64,000 nucleotides of DNA, from assembly GCA_964649225.1 (NCBI GenBank), contig CAZYPO010000003.1, positions 36,692-100,691 of the forward strand, written 5' to 3'. Below, one piece after another: positions 10,117 through 19,165 of the stretch. Position 1 is the stretch's first letter. Every line of letters starts with the position of its first letter. Position numbers and translations under genes: made by a program. The stretch comes from an uncultured Gemmatimonas sp. (GTDB lineage: Bacteria; Gemmatimonadota; Gemmatimonadetes; Gemmatimonadales; GWC2-71-9). The notes under the pieces were generated by a model. It did not search any database, had not been told where the DNA came from, and saw only the letters and a program-made list of their open reading frames with translations.

Positions 10117-11508
10117 ATGAGCGGAGCCAAGCTCACCTTCTGGGGCGCGGCCGGCCAAGTGACCGGCTCCATGCATCTGCTCGAAGCCGCCGGGGCGCGG
10201 ATTCTGCTCGACGCCGGAATGTTCCAGGGCAGGCGCGCGGAGGCGGCGGTGCTCAATGCCAATCTTCCGTTCGACCCCCGCCGCATCGACGCGATCGTGG
10301 TGAGCCACGCCCACATCGACCACATCGGACGCTTACCGCTCCTGGTTCGCCACGGGTATCACGGCCCCATTTACGCGACCCCGGCCACCCGCGACCTCTG
10401 CGCCGTGATGCTCCCCGATGCCGCCCACATCCAGGAGAGTGACGCGGCATTCCTTTCCCGTCACGGCAAGCAGAGTCCCGCGAGCGAGCCGCTGTACACC
10501 ATGGCCGACGCGCTCGCGGTGCAGGACTTGATGATCGGCCTGCCCTACCATCGTATCCACTACATCCGGAAGAATCTGGCCTTCGAATACACCGAGGCAG
10601 GCCATATCCTCGGCTCGGCGAGTGTGGACCTCCGCCTGAGCGAAGGGGGTAACCAGCGCATCGTGTTTTCAGGCGACATTGGCCGCTCGGGACTCCCGAT
10701 CATCCGCGATCCCGAGCCCCCCACTGGTCCGATCGACACCCTGATCGTCGAATCCACCTATGGCAACCGCGATCACGAGTCCACCGCGACCAGCGCCGAC
10801 CGTCTGACCGAGATCGTGCGACGGGTCGCGGGCCACGGCGGCAAGATTCTCATCCCCTCTTTCGCCCTGGGACGCGTGCAGGAGCTGGTCTACGCGCTGC
10901 ATCAGCTCACCAAGGCGGGGAGAATCCCCGCCCTCAAGATCTACGTGGACAGCCCGCTCGCGGTCGACGCTACCGCGGTGTTCCGGATGCACCCCGAGGT
11001 GTTCGACCGCCGGGAACAATTGCTGATGAATTCTGACAAGGTCTTCGACTTCCCCATGCTCGAGTACGTCAAGTCGGTGGAGGACTCAAAGCGCCTCAAC
11101 ACCCTCCACGGCCCCGGCATCATCATCGCCGCCTCCGGCATGGCCGAGTCCGGCCGGATCCTCCATCATCTGGCCAATCACATCGGAGATTCGCGCAACT
11201 GCGTCTTATTCGTGGGCTTCCAGGCCGAGCACACCCTCGGCCGCCGGATCCAGGAAGGCTCACTGCAGGTGAAGATCCTCGGGGAGCAGCATGACGTGCG
11301 CGCCGAGGTCGAGTCCATCAGCGGGTATTCCGCCCATGCGGACCGCACCGAGCTGCGTGCCTGGGTGAAGGCGCTGGGTGGTCCGGTCAAGCGCGCTTTC
11401 GTCGTGCACGGCGAGGCCGCTCCCGCCGCGGCGATGGCCGAAATCCTCAAGGAAGAGGGGGTGCGCGAGATCGTGGTGCCACAGCTCGGAGAATCGTTCG
11501 ATCTGTGA
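10117..11508 (+). CDS. MBL-fold beta-CASP family hydrolase (RNA-metabolising metallo-beta-lactamase)
   Basis: ORF 10117..11508. Contains the HAHIDHIGRLP metallo-beta-lactamase motif, a beta-CASP region and a C-terminal ...SGYSAHADRTEL... motif. Confidence 0.88.
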   Translation: MSGAKLTFWGAAGQVTGSMHLLEAAGARILLDAGMFQGRRAEAAVLNANLPFDPRRIDAIVVSHAHIDHIGRLPLLVRHGYHGPIYATPATRDLCAVMLPDAAHIQESDAAFLSRHGKQSPASEPLYTMADALAVQDLMIGLPYHRIHYIRKNLAFEYTEAGHILGSASVDLRLSEGGNQRIVFSGDIGRSGLPIIRDPEPPTGPIDTLIVESTYGNRDHESTATSADRLTEIVRRVAGHGGKILIPSFALGRVQELVYALHQLTKAGRIPALKIYVDSPLAVDATAVFRMHPEVFDRREQLLMNSDKVFDFPMLEYVKSVEDSKRLNTLHGPGIIIAASGMAESGRILHHLANHIGDSRNCVLFVGFQAEHTLGRRIQEGSLQVKILGEQHDVRAEVESISGYSAHADRTELRAWVKALGGPVKRAFVVHGEAAPAAAMAEILKEEGVREIVVPQLGESFDL

Positions 11509-12116
11509 GGCGGGCGCTGCGCTGGACGCTCCGTTTGCTCGGCTCGGCCCTGATCCTCTACGGCTTGCTTTTTGGCTGGGTCTGGCGAGTCAGCCGGCGG
11601 GATGAGCGGCATGCCGCGGACGCCATCGTCGTCCTGGGGGCGGCGCAGTACAATGGTCGCCCCTCGCCGGTGCTCAAAGCTCGCCTGGATCACGCGGTCG
11701 AGCTGTACCGCGCCGGGCTCGCGCCTGCGGTCGTGGTCACCGGCGGAATCGGAACCGGTGACCGGATGAGCGAGGCCACCGTCGGTCACCGCTACCTTCG
11801 CGCCCTGGCCGTCCCCGATTCCGCGATCATCGTCCGGCCCGATGGCCGGACGACCGACGAATCCATGCGCTCCGTTGCGGAGTGGATGCACGAGCGCGAG
11901 CTCGACCGGGCCATATTGGTCAGCGACCCGTTTCACATGGCCCGGCTGCGGATGGAGGCCCGCCGGGCCGATATTCAGGCGTTCACTTCCCCCACCCGCA
12001 GCAGCCCCATCGTGCCGGGCAGCCGGACCGAGGTGGGCTATCTTGCCCTGGAGGCGCTGAAACTCCCCGTGACCGCTCTGCAGGCGCTGCTCAATCGCCA
12101 TCCCGCCGCTCCCTGA
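11505..12116 (+). CDS. YdcF/ElyC-like DUF218 family membrane-anchored protein
   Basis: ORF 11505..12116. N-terminal TM helix, then ...DAIVVLGAAQYNGRPSPVLKARLDHAVELYRAGLAPAVVVTGG.... GTG start overlaps the upstream stop (GTGA). Confidence 0.8.
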   Translation: MRRALRWTLRLLGSALILYGLLFGWVWRVSRRDERHAADAIVVLGAAQYNGRPSPVLKARLDHAVELYRAGLAPAVVVTGGIGTGDRMSEATVGHRYLRALAVPDSAIIVRPDGRTTDESMRSVAEWMHERELDRAILVSDPFHMARLRMEARRADIQAFTSPTRSSPIVPGSRTEVGYLALEALKLPVTALQALLNRHPAAP

Positions 12117-12151
12117 GCCCTCGAAACCGACAGCATCCGAAAGTCCAGACC

Positions 12152-12691
12152 ATGACCCTCATCCAGTCGGAACGGCGGTATTCAGGCCGAGTGGTCAATC
12201 TCGATCACGACACGGTCCGCTTTCCTGACGGCTCGCAGGGAGTGCTGGAGATGATTCGGCACCCGGGCGCGGCCGCTGTGGTGCCCTTCCTCGACGATCC
12301 GGCCGATCCCGACCCTCGCGTCCTGCTACTCCACCAGTTTCGCCACGCCGCGGACGACTGGCTTTGGGAGATTCCGGCCGGGACCCTGTCCCACGGCGAG
12401 GCCCCGGAGACCTGCGCCTGCCGGGAGCTGGCCGAAGAAGCGGGCATGGAAGCCGGAAAGTTGGTCCGGCTCTCCAGCATCTTTACGACGCCCGGCTTCA
12501 CCGACGAGCGGATTCATCTCTTTCTGGCCACCGATCTCAGACCCGTGGCCCTCTCTCAGGAAGACGACGAGTTCATCACGGTCCACGAGAAACGCTGGAG
12601 CGCGGTGGGCCGGATGATCCGGACGGGAAAGATCCGGGACGGGAAGAGTTTGTGTGCGCTAATGTATGTGAACTGCTTTATTCGGGAGTAG
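12152..12691 (+). CDS. NUDIX hydrolase (ADP-ribose pyrophosphatase-like)
   Basis: ORF 11882..12691 trimmed to ATG 12152 (MTLIQSERRYSGRVVNLDHDTVRFPDGS...). Nudix box GTLSHGEAPETCACRELAEEAG. Confidence 0.85.
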   Translation: MTLIQSERRYSGRVVNLDHDTVRFPDGSQGVLEMIRHPGAAAVVPFLDDPADPDPRVLLLHQFRHAADDWLWEIPAGTLSHGEAPETCACRELAEEAGMEAGKLVRLSSIFTTPGFTDERIHLFLATDLRPVALSQEDDEFITVHEKRWSAVGRMIRTGKIRDGKSLCALMYVNCFIRE

Positions 12692-12704
12692 ACTAGAATT
12701 CTCC

Positions 12705-13775
12705 ATGCCGAAGACCCCTTTTGAGGCCTTCTCCAAACAGATCAAGGCCGGCAATGTTCCGCCAGCGATCTATCTCTACGGAGAGGAAGACGTCCTCAAG
12801 GACGAAGCGGTGCGGGCGATCCTCGACCGGGTCGTGGATCCTGGTTTGCGCGACTTCAATTACGATCAGCGCAGCGCGAGCCAGCTCGACCCCGAAGCGG
12901 TCGAAACGCTCTGTAACACGCTTCCCATGATGGCAGACCGCAGGCTCGTTGTGATTCGCGAGATTGAGGCTTGGCAGAAGCGCGCAAAAGCCAAGGCGGC
13001 GGTGCTGCACTACCTCGAGCAGCCCGCCGCCGAAACGGTGCTCGTCCTGGTGCAGGGTGCGCCCCGGAAAGACGCTGACCGCGGCGAAGCGGACCCCGAC
13101 TTGCTGCGACTGACCTGCACCGTCGAAGTGGACCGGTATGGGTCCAAGCTGGCCGAAAAGTGGGTTCTCAAGCGGGCCGAGGAGCGCGGCATCCACTTGG
13201 CGCCCGAAGCCGCCGCTCATCTGATCAAAGCGGTTGGCGGCAATCTGGGGGCCGCGCGCAGCGAGCTCGACAAGCTGGCCGGTCTGGGCGGCGCCGACCT
13301 GGTCACCCTGGAACAAGTGACCGCGAGTCTGGGGATTCGTCACGGCGAGACCCCATCGGACTGGTGCGACGCGGTCATCGAGGATCAGAGCGGCCGCGCC
13401 GCGAGCATCTTGCCGCACTTGCTGTCGCAAACCGGCGTTTCCGGCGTCGGTTTGCTCGCGCAGCTCGGTACCCAGTTCATTGGCCTGGGATTGGCGCGGG
13501 CCTTTTACGATCGCGGGTCGCACGGTGGGAGTCTCGAGCGGGCGGTGCGCGACGCCTTGATCCGCGTGCGGCCTCCGGTGCGGCTTGATTACCGTGCCAG
13601 CGCGGAGCGCTGGAGCAGGCTGGCAGAGGAGTGGCCGGCCGCAAGGATCGACGCTGCCATCGTGGCCGCACGTCGAGCCGACCAGCGGCTCAAGACCACC
13701 ACGCTCGCAGACGAGCGAGGCGTCCTCGTGGACTTGATCATGACTATCGCACCGTTCGCCGGAGTGCCAGCGTGA
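12705..13775 (+). CDS. holA: DNA polymerase III delta subunit
   Basis: ORF 12705..13775. N-terminus ...PPAIYLYGEEDVLKDEAVRAILDRV... and overall length fit HolA. Confidence 0.8.
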   Translation: MPKTPFEAFSKQIKAGNVPPAIYLYGEEDVLKDEAVRAILDRVVDPGLRDFNYDQRSASQLDPEAVETLCNTLPMMADRRLVVIREIEAWQKRAKAKAAVLHYLEQPAAETVLVLVQGAPRKDADRGEADPDLLRLTCTVEVDRYGSKLAEKWVLKRAEERGIHLAPEAAAHLIKAVGGNLGAARSELDKLAGLGGADLVTLEQVTASLGIRHGETPSDWCDAVIEDQSGRAASILPHLLSQTGVSGVGLLAQLGTQFIGLGLARAFYDRGSHGGSLERAVRDALIRVRPPVRLDYRASAERWSRLAEEWPAARIDAAIVAARRADQRLKTTTLADERGVLVDLIMTIAPFAGVPA

Positions 13776-14704
13776 ACGCCGCCTCTGCACGAACAACGCG
13801 CCGGCAGCTTGCCCGGCTGCTCATCCTTGGCTTGGCGGTCACCCCCTCGCTTCACCTGGCCGCCCAAAGCGATCCCCGCCTCGTCACCGCGGTTCGGCTG
13901 GCGCAGGATGGTCTGTCCGACTCCGCGCGGGCGGTAGCCGGCAGAATCCTCGCGGCGCTGCAGCCGACCGACTCGCTCTACCCGGAAGCCCTCTACACCG
14001 TGGGTCTGCTCGCCGCCACGGAACGCAACCGAAGGCTCGAATTGCGGCGCGTGGTGGTGGATTACGCCCAGTCCGCCTGGGCGGACGACGCCCTGCTACA
14101 GCTCGCCCAGCTCGACTACGCCGCGGGCAATCCCGCCGCCACGGTCCGTCAGGCCGATCAGCTGCTGCGGGACTACCCCGGCAGTTCGGTCACTGCGACC
14201 GCGGCCTTCTGGGGAGCGCGCGCAGCCGGCGATCGCCGCGAGGCCGAAACCTCTTGCCGACTAGCGGATGCCGGCCTGGCCGCCGTGGGCGGAGACGTCG
14301 AGCTCAGGAACCAGCTCGACTTCCAGAAGCAGCGCTGTCAGAGTCTCGCCGCGATGGCGGCGGACAGCGTGCGCCGGGCAGCGGCGGATGCTATCGCGAA
14401 AGCCCAGGCGGATTCCGCGGCGCGGGCGCGCGGCGCGCGGACCCCGGGAAGAGCTTCGCCAACCGCCCCCCGGCGCGGCGGGTCCGGTTTCTACGTTCAG
14501 ATTTCCGCCGTGCTGACCCAGTCCGCGGTCGACGCCGAGCTGGCCCGCGCGAAGCGGGCGGGTTACCAGGCGCTCGTCGTGAAGGAAGGCGGCTACCTCA
14601 AGATCCGCGCCGGCGGCTTCCGTACCCGCCAGGAGGCGGAGACCGCCTTGGCGGGGCTCAAGGCGCGCCTGGGAGGACATCCGTTCCTCGTCCACGTCCC
14701 GTGA
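13772..14704 (+). CDS. Secreted TPR-like / SPOR domain protein
   Basis: ORF 13631..14704 trimmed to GTG 13772 (GTGA overlap with holA stop). Signal-like LARLLILGLAVTPSLHLAAQ. The C-terminus GFYVQISAVLTQSAVDAELARAKRAGYQALVVKEGGYLKIRAGGFRTRQEAETAL resembles a SPOR peptidoglycan-binding domain. Confidence 0.75.
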   Translation: MNAASARTTRRQLARLLILGLAVTPSLHLAAQSDPRLVTAVRLAQDGLSDSARAVAGRILAALQPTDSLYPEALYTVGLLAATERNRRLELRRVVVDYAQSAWADDALLQLAQLDYAAGNPAATVRQADQLLRDYPGSSVTATAAFWGARAAGDRREAETSCRLADAGLAAVGGDVELRNQLDFQKQRCQSLAAMAADSVRRAAADAIAKAQADSAARARGARTPGRASPTAPRRGGSGFYVQISAVLTQSAVDAELARAKRAGYQALVVKEGGYLKIRAGGFRTRQEAETALAGLKARLGGHPFLVHVP

Positions 14705-17313
14705 CCGTCACCCTCGCCGAAAACACCCCGCTCCTGCTGCAGTATCGCGAAATCAAGTCGCGCCACCGAGATGCGATACTGTTTTTCCGGATGGGCGATT
14801 TCTACGAGATGTTTTTCGATGATGCCGAGCTGGCCTCGCGGGTGCTCAGCATCACCCTCACCTCCCGGGGCGACGGAGTGCCCCTCGCCGGCGTTCCGGT
14901 CAAGGCGGCAACGGACTACCTCAAGCAGCTGATTGGCCAGGGGTACCGGGTGGCCATCTGCGAGCAGGTGGAAGACCCCAAGCAAGCCAAGGGCCTGGTG
15001 CGCCGCGAAGTCGTGGAGACCGTGACCCCGGGCACCGTGCTCGAGGACGGTTGGGTGGCGGGGGGACGGAACAACTGGATCGTGGCGGTGGCGGACCCGG
15101 GGACGGCCGGGGGTGGTCCGTCCGACCGTCCGACCGTCCGACCGTCCGCCGGTTTGGCCGCCATCGACCTCAGCACGGGCGAATTCTTGCTGGAGCTCGT
15201 CCCGACCGGCGAGCTCGCCGAAGCTCTCGGCCGGCTCAAGCCGGCAGAGCTCGTCCTGCCCGCCGACACGGAGCTCGCCACCGAGCCGGAAATCATGCGC
15301 ACCGCACGGGAGCGCTGGGAGTTCGATCCCGAGCTCGCGCGCGAAGAGTTGGGTCGGCGCTTCGGGCTCGCCTCGCTGGATGGATTGGGACTGGCCCCCG
15401 CCGATGCCGCCGCGATCGGAGCGGCCGGTGCCCTGCTCCGCTATCTCGGTGATCTCAAGCCGGGCGGCATTCCGCATCTGGCGCGTCCGGTGATTCGGCG
15501 CTCCGATCAGTTCCTCTGGGTCGACGAGATGACCAGCCGGAATCTCGAGCTCACCGAGCCGCTTCGCGCTGGAGCCAAGGGCATCACGTTGCTGGAGGCG
15601 ATTGATCGCACGGTGACGCCCATGGGAGCGCGCTTGCTCAGAGCCTGGGTTGTGTCCCCGCTCCGGGACCCGATCGCGATAGCGCGGCGGCTCGATGCCG
15701 TGGAGGCCGCGGTGCGCGACCCGTCCCACCGTGCGGCCGCGCGCGAGGCGCTCGATGGGGTGCGCGATCTCGAGCGCCTCGCGGGCCGGGCCGCCGCGGG
15801 CCGCGCCACACCGCGGGAGCTCGGCGCGCTGCGGGATTCATTTCTGCGGCTCCCCAAGGTGCAGGAAGCGTTACGGGGTTTGGTTGGACAGTCCGACGCC
15901 CTGACACAGCTCCTCGGCGACCTCGACCTGCTCGACGACCTCGCCTCCGCGCTCTCCGCCGGCCTTACCGACCGTCCTCCCGCCCTGTTGGCCGACGGCG
16001 GTGTCATCCGCGCCGGTTACGATGCGGCGCTCGACGAGAGCCGCGCCCTGCGCGACGGCGGCAAGCAGTTCATCGCTTCAATTCAGCAGCGCGAGCGCGA
16101 GCGCACCGGGATCGCTTCGCTCAAGATCGGATACAACAAGGTGTTCGGCTACTATCTCGAAATCACCCATGCGCACGCCGCGAAAGTGCCGCCTGACTAC
16201 GAGCGTCGGCAGACCCTCGCGACGGCCGAGCGCTTCGTGACGCCGGAGCTCCGCGAGTACGAAGCGAAGGTCCTGGGCGCCGAGGAGCGGATGGCGCAGC
16301 GCGAAGCCGAACTCTTCGCCGAGCTCCGGAGCCGGGTCGGCGCCGCCATCACCCGCGTCCAGCGGACCGCGCGGGTGCTCGCGCACCTCGACGTCTGGAC
16401 CGGGCTGGCGGAAGCGGCGGTGGCTAATCGCTACGTCAGGCCGGTGGTGAGCGACGGCTTCGACATCGAGCTGACCGCCTCACGCCACGCGGTGCTCGAG
16501 CGGCTGATGCCCCGCGAGGCCTTCATGCCGAACGACGTGCGCTTTGACCTGGCGGCCCGAGTCCAGCTGGTCACCGGGCCCAACATGGCCGGCAAGAGCA
16601 CCATCCTTCGCCAGATCGGGCTGTGCATCATCCTGGCCCAGCTCGGCAGCTTCGTACCGTGCGACGCGGCCAGCATCGGCGTGGTGGATCGGCTGTTCAC
16701 GCGCGTCGGCGCCTCGGACAACCTTGCGCGCGGACAGTCTACTTTTATGGTGGAGATGAGCGAGACCAGCGCGATTCTCCACGGCGCCACCCAGCGCTCC
16801 TTGGTGCTGCTCGACGAGATCGGGCGAGGGACCTCGACCTATGACGGCGTGGCAATCGCGTGGGCGGTCACCGAGTTCCTGCACGATCGGGTCGGTTGCA
16901 AGACGATGTTCGCGACGCACTACCACGAGTTGATGCAGCTGCCCGAGCAGTTGCAGCACGCGCGCAATCTGAATGTCGCGGTGCGCGAGACGGGTGGGAG
17001 GGTCGTATTCCTTCACCGGCTGGAGCCGGGGGGAACCGATCGGAGCTACGGCATTCACGTCGCCCAGCTGGCGGGACTGCCCCGCGAGGTGGTAACGCGC
17101 GCCAATGCCGTGCTCAGGACGCTCGAAGGGGAACATCGCGTCGTGTCGGGGGCGCCGGGCGCCGAGCCGGACCCGGGCCAGCTGCCGCTTTTCGTCGAGA
17201 GCAGGGATCCCGCCCTCGAGGAGCTCCGCAGCCTCGACCTCAACACGATCACCCCGCTCGAAGCGCTCAATCGCCTGGCGGAGTTTCAGCGGCGTGCCAG
17301 CGGACGTGCCTGA
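14701..17313 (+). CDS. mutS: DNA mismatch repair protein MutS
   Basis: ORF 14254..17313 trimmed to GTG 14701 (VTVTLAENTPLLLQYREIKSRHRDAILFFRMGDFYEMF; GTGA overlap with upstream stop). Walker A GPNMAGKST and STFMVEM motifs are present. Confidence 0.95.
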   Translation: MTVTLAENTPLLLQYREIKSRHRDAILFFRMGDFYEMFFDDAELASRVLSITLTSRGDGVPLAGVPVKAATDYLKQLIGQGYRVAICEQVEDPKQAKGLVRREVVETVTPGTVLEDGWVAGGRNNWIVAVADPGTAGGGPSDRPTVRPSAGLAAIDLSTGEFLLELVPTGELAEALGRLKPAELVLPADTELATEPEIMRTARERWEFDPELAREELGRRFGLASLDGLGLAPADAAAIGAAGALLRYLGDLKPGGIPHLARPVIRRSDQFLWVDEMTSRNLELTEPLRAGAKGITLLEAIDRTVTPMGARLLRAWVVSPLRDPIAIARRLDAVEAAVRDPSHRAAAREALDGVRDLERLAGRAAAGRATPRELGALRDSFLRLPKVQEALRGLVGQSDALTQLLGDLDLLDDLASALSAGLTDRPPALLADGGVIRAGYDAALDESRALRDGGKQFIASIQQRERERTGIASLKIGYNKVFGYYLEITHAHAAKVPPDYERRQTLATAERFVTPELREYEAKVLGAEERMAQREAELFAELRSRVGAAITRVQRTARVLAHLDVWTGLAEAAVANRYVRPVVSDGFDIELTASRHAVLERLMPREAFMPNDVRFDLAARVQLVTGPNMAGKSTILRQIGLCIILAQLGSFVPCDAASIGVVDRLFTRVGASDNLARGQSTFMVEMSETSAILHGATQRSLVLLDEIGRGTSTYDGVAIAWAVTEFLHDRVGCKTMFATHYHELMQLPEQLQHARNLNVAVRETGGRVVFLHRLEPGGTDRSYGIHVAQLAGLPREVVTRANAVLRTLEGEHRVVSGAPGAEPDPGQLPLFVESRDPALEELRSLDLNTITPLEALNRLAEFQRRASGRA

Positions 17314-17332
17314 ACCGCAGTATTTTCTTGCC

Positions 17333-17758
17333 ATGCGATGGGCTCGATCGCTGGAGGTCGGAATGCTGCTCGCCGGTCTCGCGGCCATCGGCTGCCGCCG
17401 GAAAACCGATACGACGCTGGCGCTGCCCGCCGACCCCGCTGCGAAGGTGGCGCGGAGCGAAGATCCGCCGGTTGCACTGGATCCGGAATCGCCAGTCGCT
17501 TACCCGGTCGCCGTGTATCAGCAGCGCATCAGCGGGACGGTGTTGCTGCGTCTCTTCGTGGACGAGACCGGTCGGATCGTTCCGGATTCCACCCGCATTC
17601 AGGAATCCAGCGGCTACCCCGCGCTCGATTCGGCAGCGCTGGCGGCGGCACCCCGACTGCATTACGCCCCCGCCCTCCGCAACGGGGTTGCCGTCGCGAC
17701 TCTCTTCACCCAGCCGATCCGCTTCCGCCATCCCGATCGCGGGGGGACGACCCCATGA
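17333..17758 (+). CDS. TonB C-terminal domain-containing lipoprotein
   Basis: Frame of ORF 17105..17758 trimmed to ATG 17333 (MRWARSLEVGMLLAGLAAIGC lipobox). C-terminus AYPVAVYQQRISGTVLLRLFVDETGRIV...YPALDSAALAAA...YAPALRNGVAVA is TonB-C like. Confidence 0.7.
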   Translation: MRWARSLEVGMLLAGLAAIGCRRKTDTTLALPADPAAKVARSEDPPVALDPESPVAYPVAVYQQRISGTVLLRLFVDETGRIVPDSTRIQESSGYPALDSAALAAAPRLHYAPALRNGVAVATLFTQPIRFRHPDRGGTTP

Positions 17759-19143
17759 AGCCGCAACACCTCGAGCCCTACGAATCGGCCCTCGACACCA
17801 TCGGGTGGACTCCGCTCATCCGGCTCGCGCGCGTTGGGGCCGGCCTGGAGAGTCCGGTCTTCGGCAAGGCCGAATACTCCAATCCCGGGGGCTCGGTGAA
17901 GGACCGTATCGGGCTGGCCATCATTGAAGATGCGGAGCGCTCCGGGACCCTTCGGCCGGGCGGCACTATCGTGGAAGGCACCAGCGGGAACACGGGGGTG
18001 GGGCTCGCGATGGCCGCAGCCCTCAAGGGATATCACTGCGTTTTCACCCTACCCGACAAGATGTCGCAGGAGAAAGTACGCCTGCTCCGGGCCTACGGCG
18101 CCGAAGTCGTGATCACTCCCACCGCGGTGCCGCCGGACCATCCCGAGAACTACATCATGAAAGCCAAGCAGATCGTGAAGGACACCCCGGGCGCCGTCCT
18201 CGCCAATCAGTTCTACAACCCGGTGAATCCCGAAGTCCATTATCGCACCACCGGACCGGAGCTCTGGGAGCAGACCCGGGGAAGGATCACCCACTTCGTC
18301 GCGGGAGCCGGCACCGGCGGGACGGTGAGCGGTGCAGGAAAATTTCTCAAGGAGAAAAACCCTCGCGTCCGGATCATTGCCGGCGACCCGGTCGGCTCCC
18401 TCTATACCGGATACCACCGCACCCGCGTGCTGGGCGAGGGCTTGCCATACAAAGTGGAGGGTATCGGGGGCGACAAGGTCCCCACGACGGTCTGGTGGGA
18501 CGTGATCGATGAGTTCCGCCAGGTGTCCGACCGCGATTCGATGCAGATGGCGCGCCGGCTGGCGCGTGAGGAAGGCCTTCTGGTGGGCGGCTCGACCGGG
18601 CTCAACGTGGTGCTTGCGCTGCAGTTGGCCAAGGAGCTCAACGACCCGGCGGCCTGTATCGTCACCATTCTTTGCGACACCGGTGAGCGTTATCTGTCCA
18701 AGATCTTCGACGACGACTGGATGCAGGAAAACCAGTTGCTCGACGCTCCGCGCATCACCGTGGGACAGTTGCTGTCCCGCCGGACCAAAGGAGCTCCCGC
18801 CTTGGTGAGCGTGGCGCCCGCCGCTCCGGTGCGTCAGGCCCTCAATCTCATGGCGACGTGGAGCGTGAGCCAGATCCCGGTACTGGACAACGGTGACTGT
18901 GTTGGCGGCCTGATCGAGAGTAGCCTGATGACCCGGGCGCTGGCTCAGCCCGCCTTGCTGGACCGCCCCGTGCGCGAAGTGATGGAGGGGCCCTTCCCGG
19001 TGGTGGACGCCTCGTTCCCGAGCGACCGCCTGGCCCCAATGCTCACCCGAGAAAACCCCGCCACCCTGGTGCAGCAGGAGGGGAAGTTGATCGGCATTGT
19101 GAGCCGCTATGATCTGCTGCAGCAGCTGATTGGGACGCGATAA
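17755..19143 (+). CDS. Cystathionine beta-synthase-like PLP enzyme (CysK/CBS fold plus C-terminal CBS-domain pair)
   Basis: ORF 17338..19143 trimmed to ATG 17755 (ATGA overlap). Contains ...NPGGSVKDRIGLAII... (PLP lysine motif) and GTSGNTGVGLAMAAA. The C-terminal ~130 aa look like tandem CBS domains. Confidence 0.88.
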   Translation: MKPQHLEPYESALDTIGWTPLIRLARVGAGLESPVFGKAEYSNPGGSVKDRIGLAIIEDAERSGTLRPGGTIVEGTSGNTGVGLAMAAALKGYHCVFTLPDKMSQEKVRLLRAYGAEVVITPTAVPPDHPENYIMKAKQIVKDTPGAVLANQFYNPVNPEVHYRTTGPELWEQTRGRITHFVAGAGTGGTVSGAGKFLKEKNPRVRIIAGDPVGSLYTGYHRTRVLGEGLPYKVEGIGGDKVPTTVWWDVIDEFRQVSDRDSMQMARRLAREEGLLVGGSTGLNVVLALQLAKELNDPAACIVTILCDTGERYLSKIFDDDWMQENQLLDAPRITVGQLLSRRTKGAPALVSVAPAAPVRQALNLMATWSVSQIPVLDNGDCVGGLIESSLMTRALAQPALLDRPVREVMEGPFPVVDASFPSDRLAPMLTRENPATLVQQEGKLIGIVSRYDLLQQLIGTR

Positions 19144-19165
19144 TGAACGGGAATCGGGAACCCCG

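Noticed and set aside
14254-14700. Long N-terminal extensions in ORF-track models (mutS 14254, SPOR 13631, CBS 17338, rhomboid 19879, GWxTD 33498, yidC 25584, sufS 56004, patatin 48821, upp 9346 and others)
   Set aside because: The extensions overlap the preceding genes and are Arg/Pro/Gly-rich. They precede obvious conserved N-termini or signal peptides that begin at internal ATG or GTG codons, often overlapping the upstream stop.
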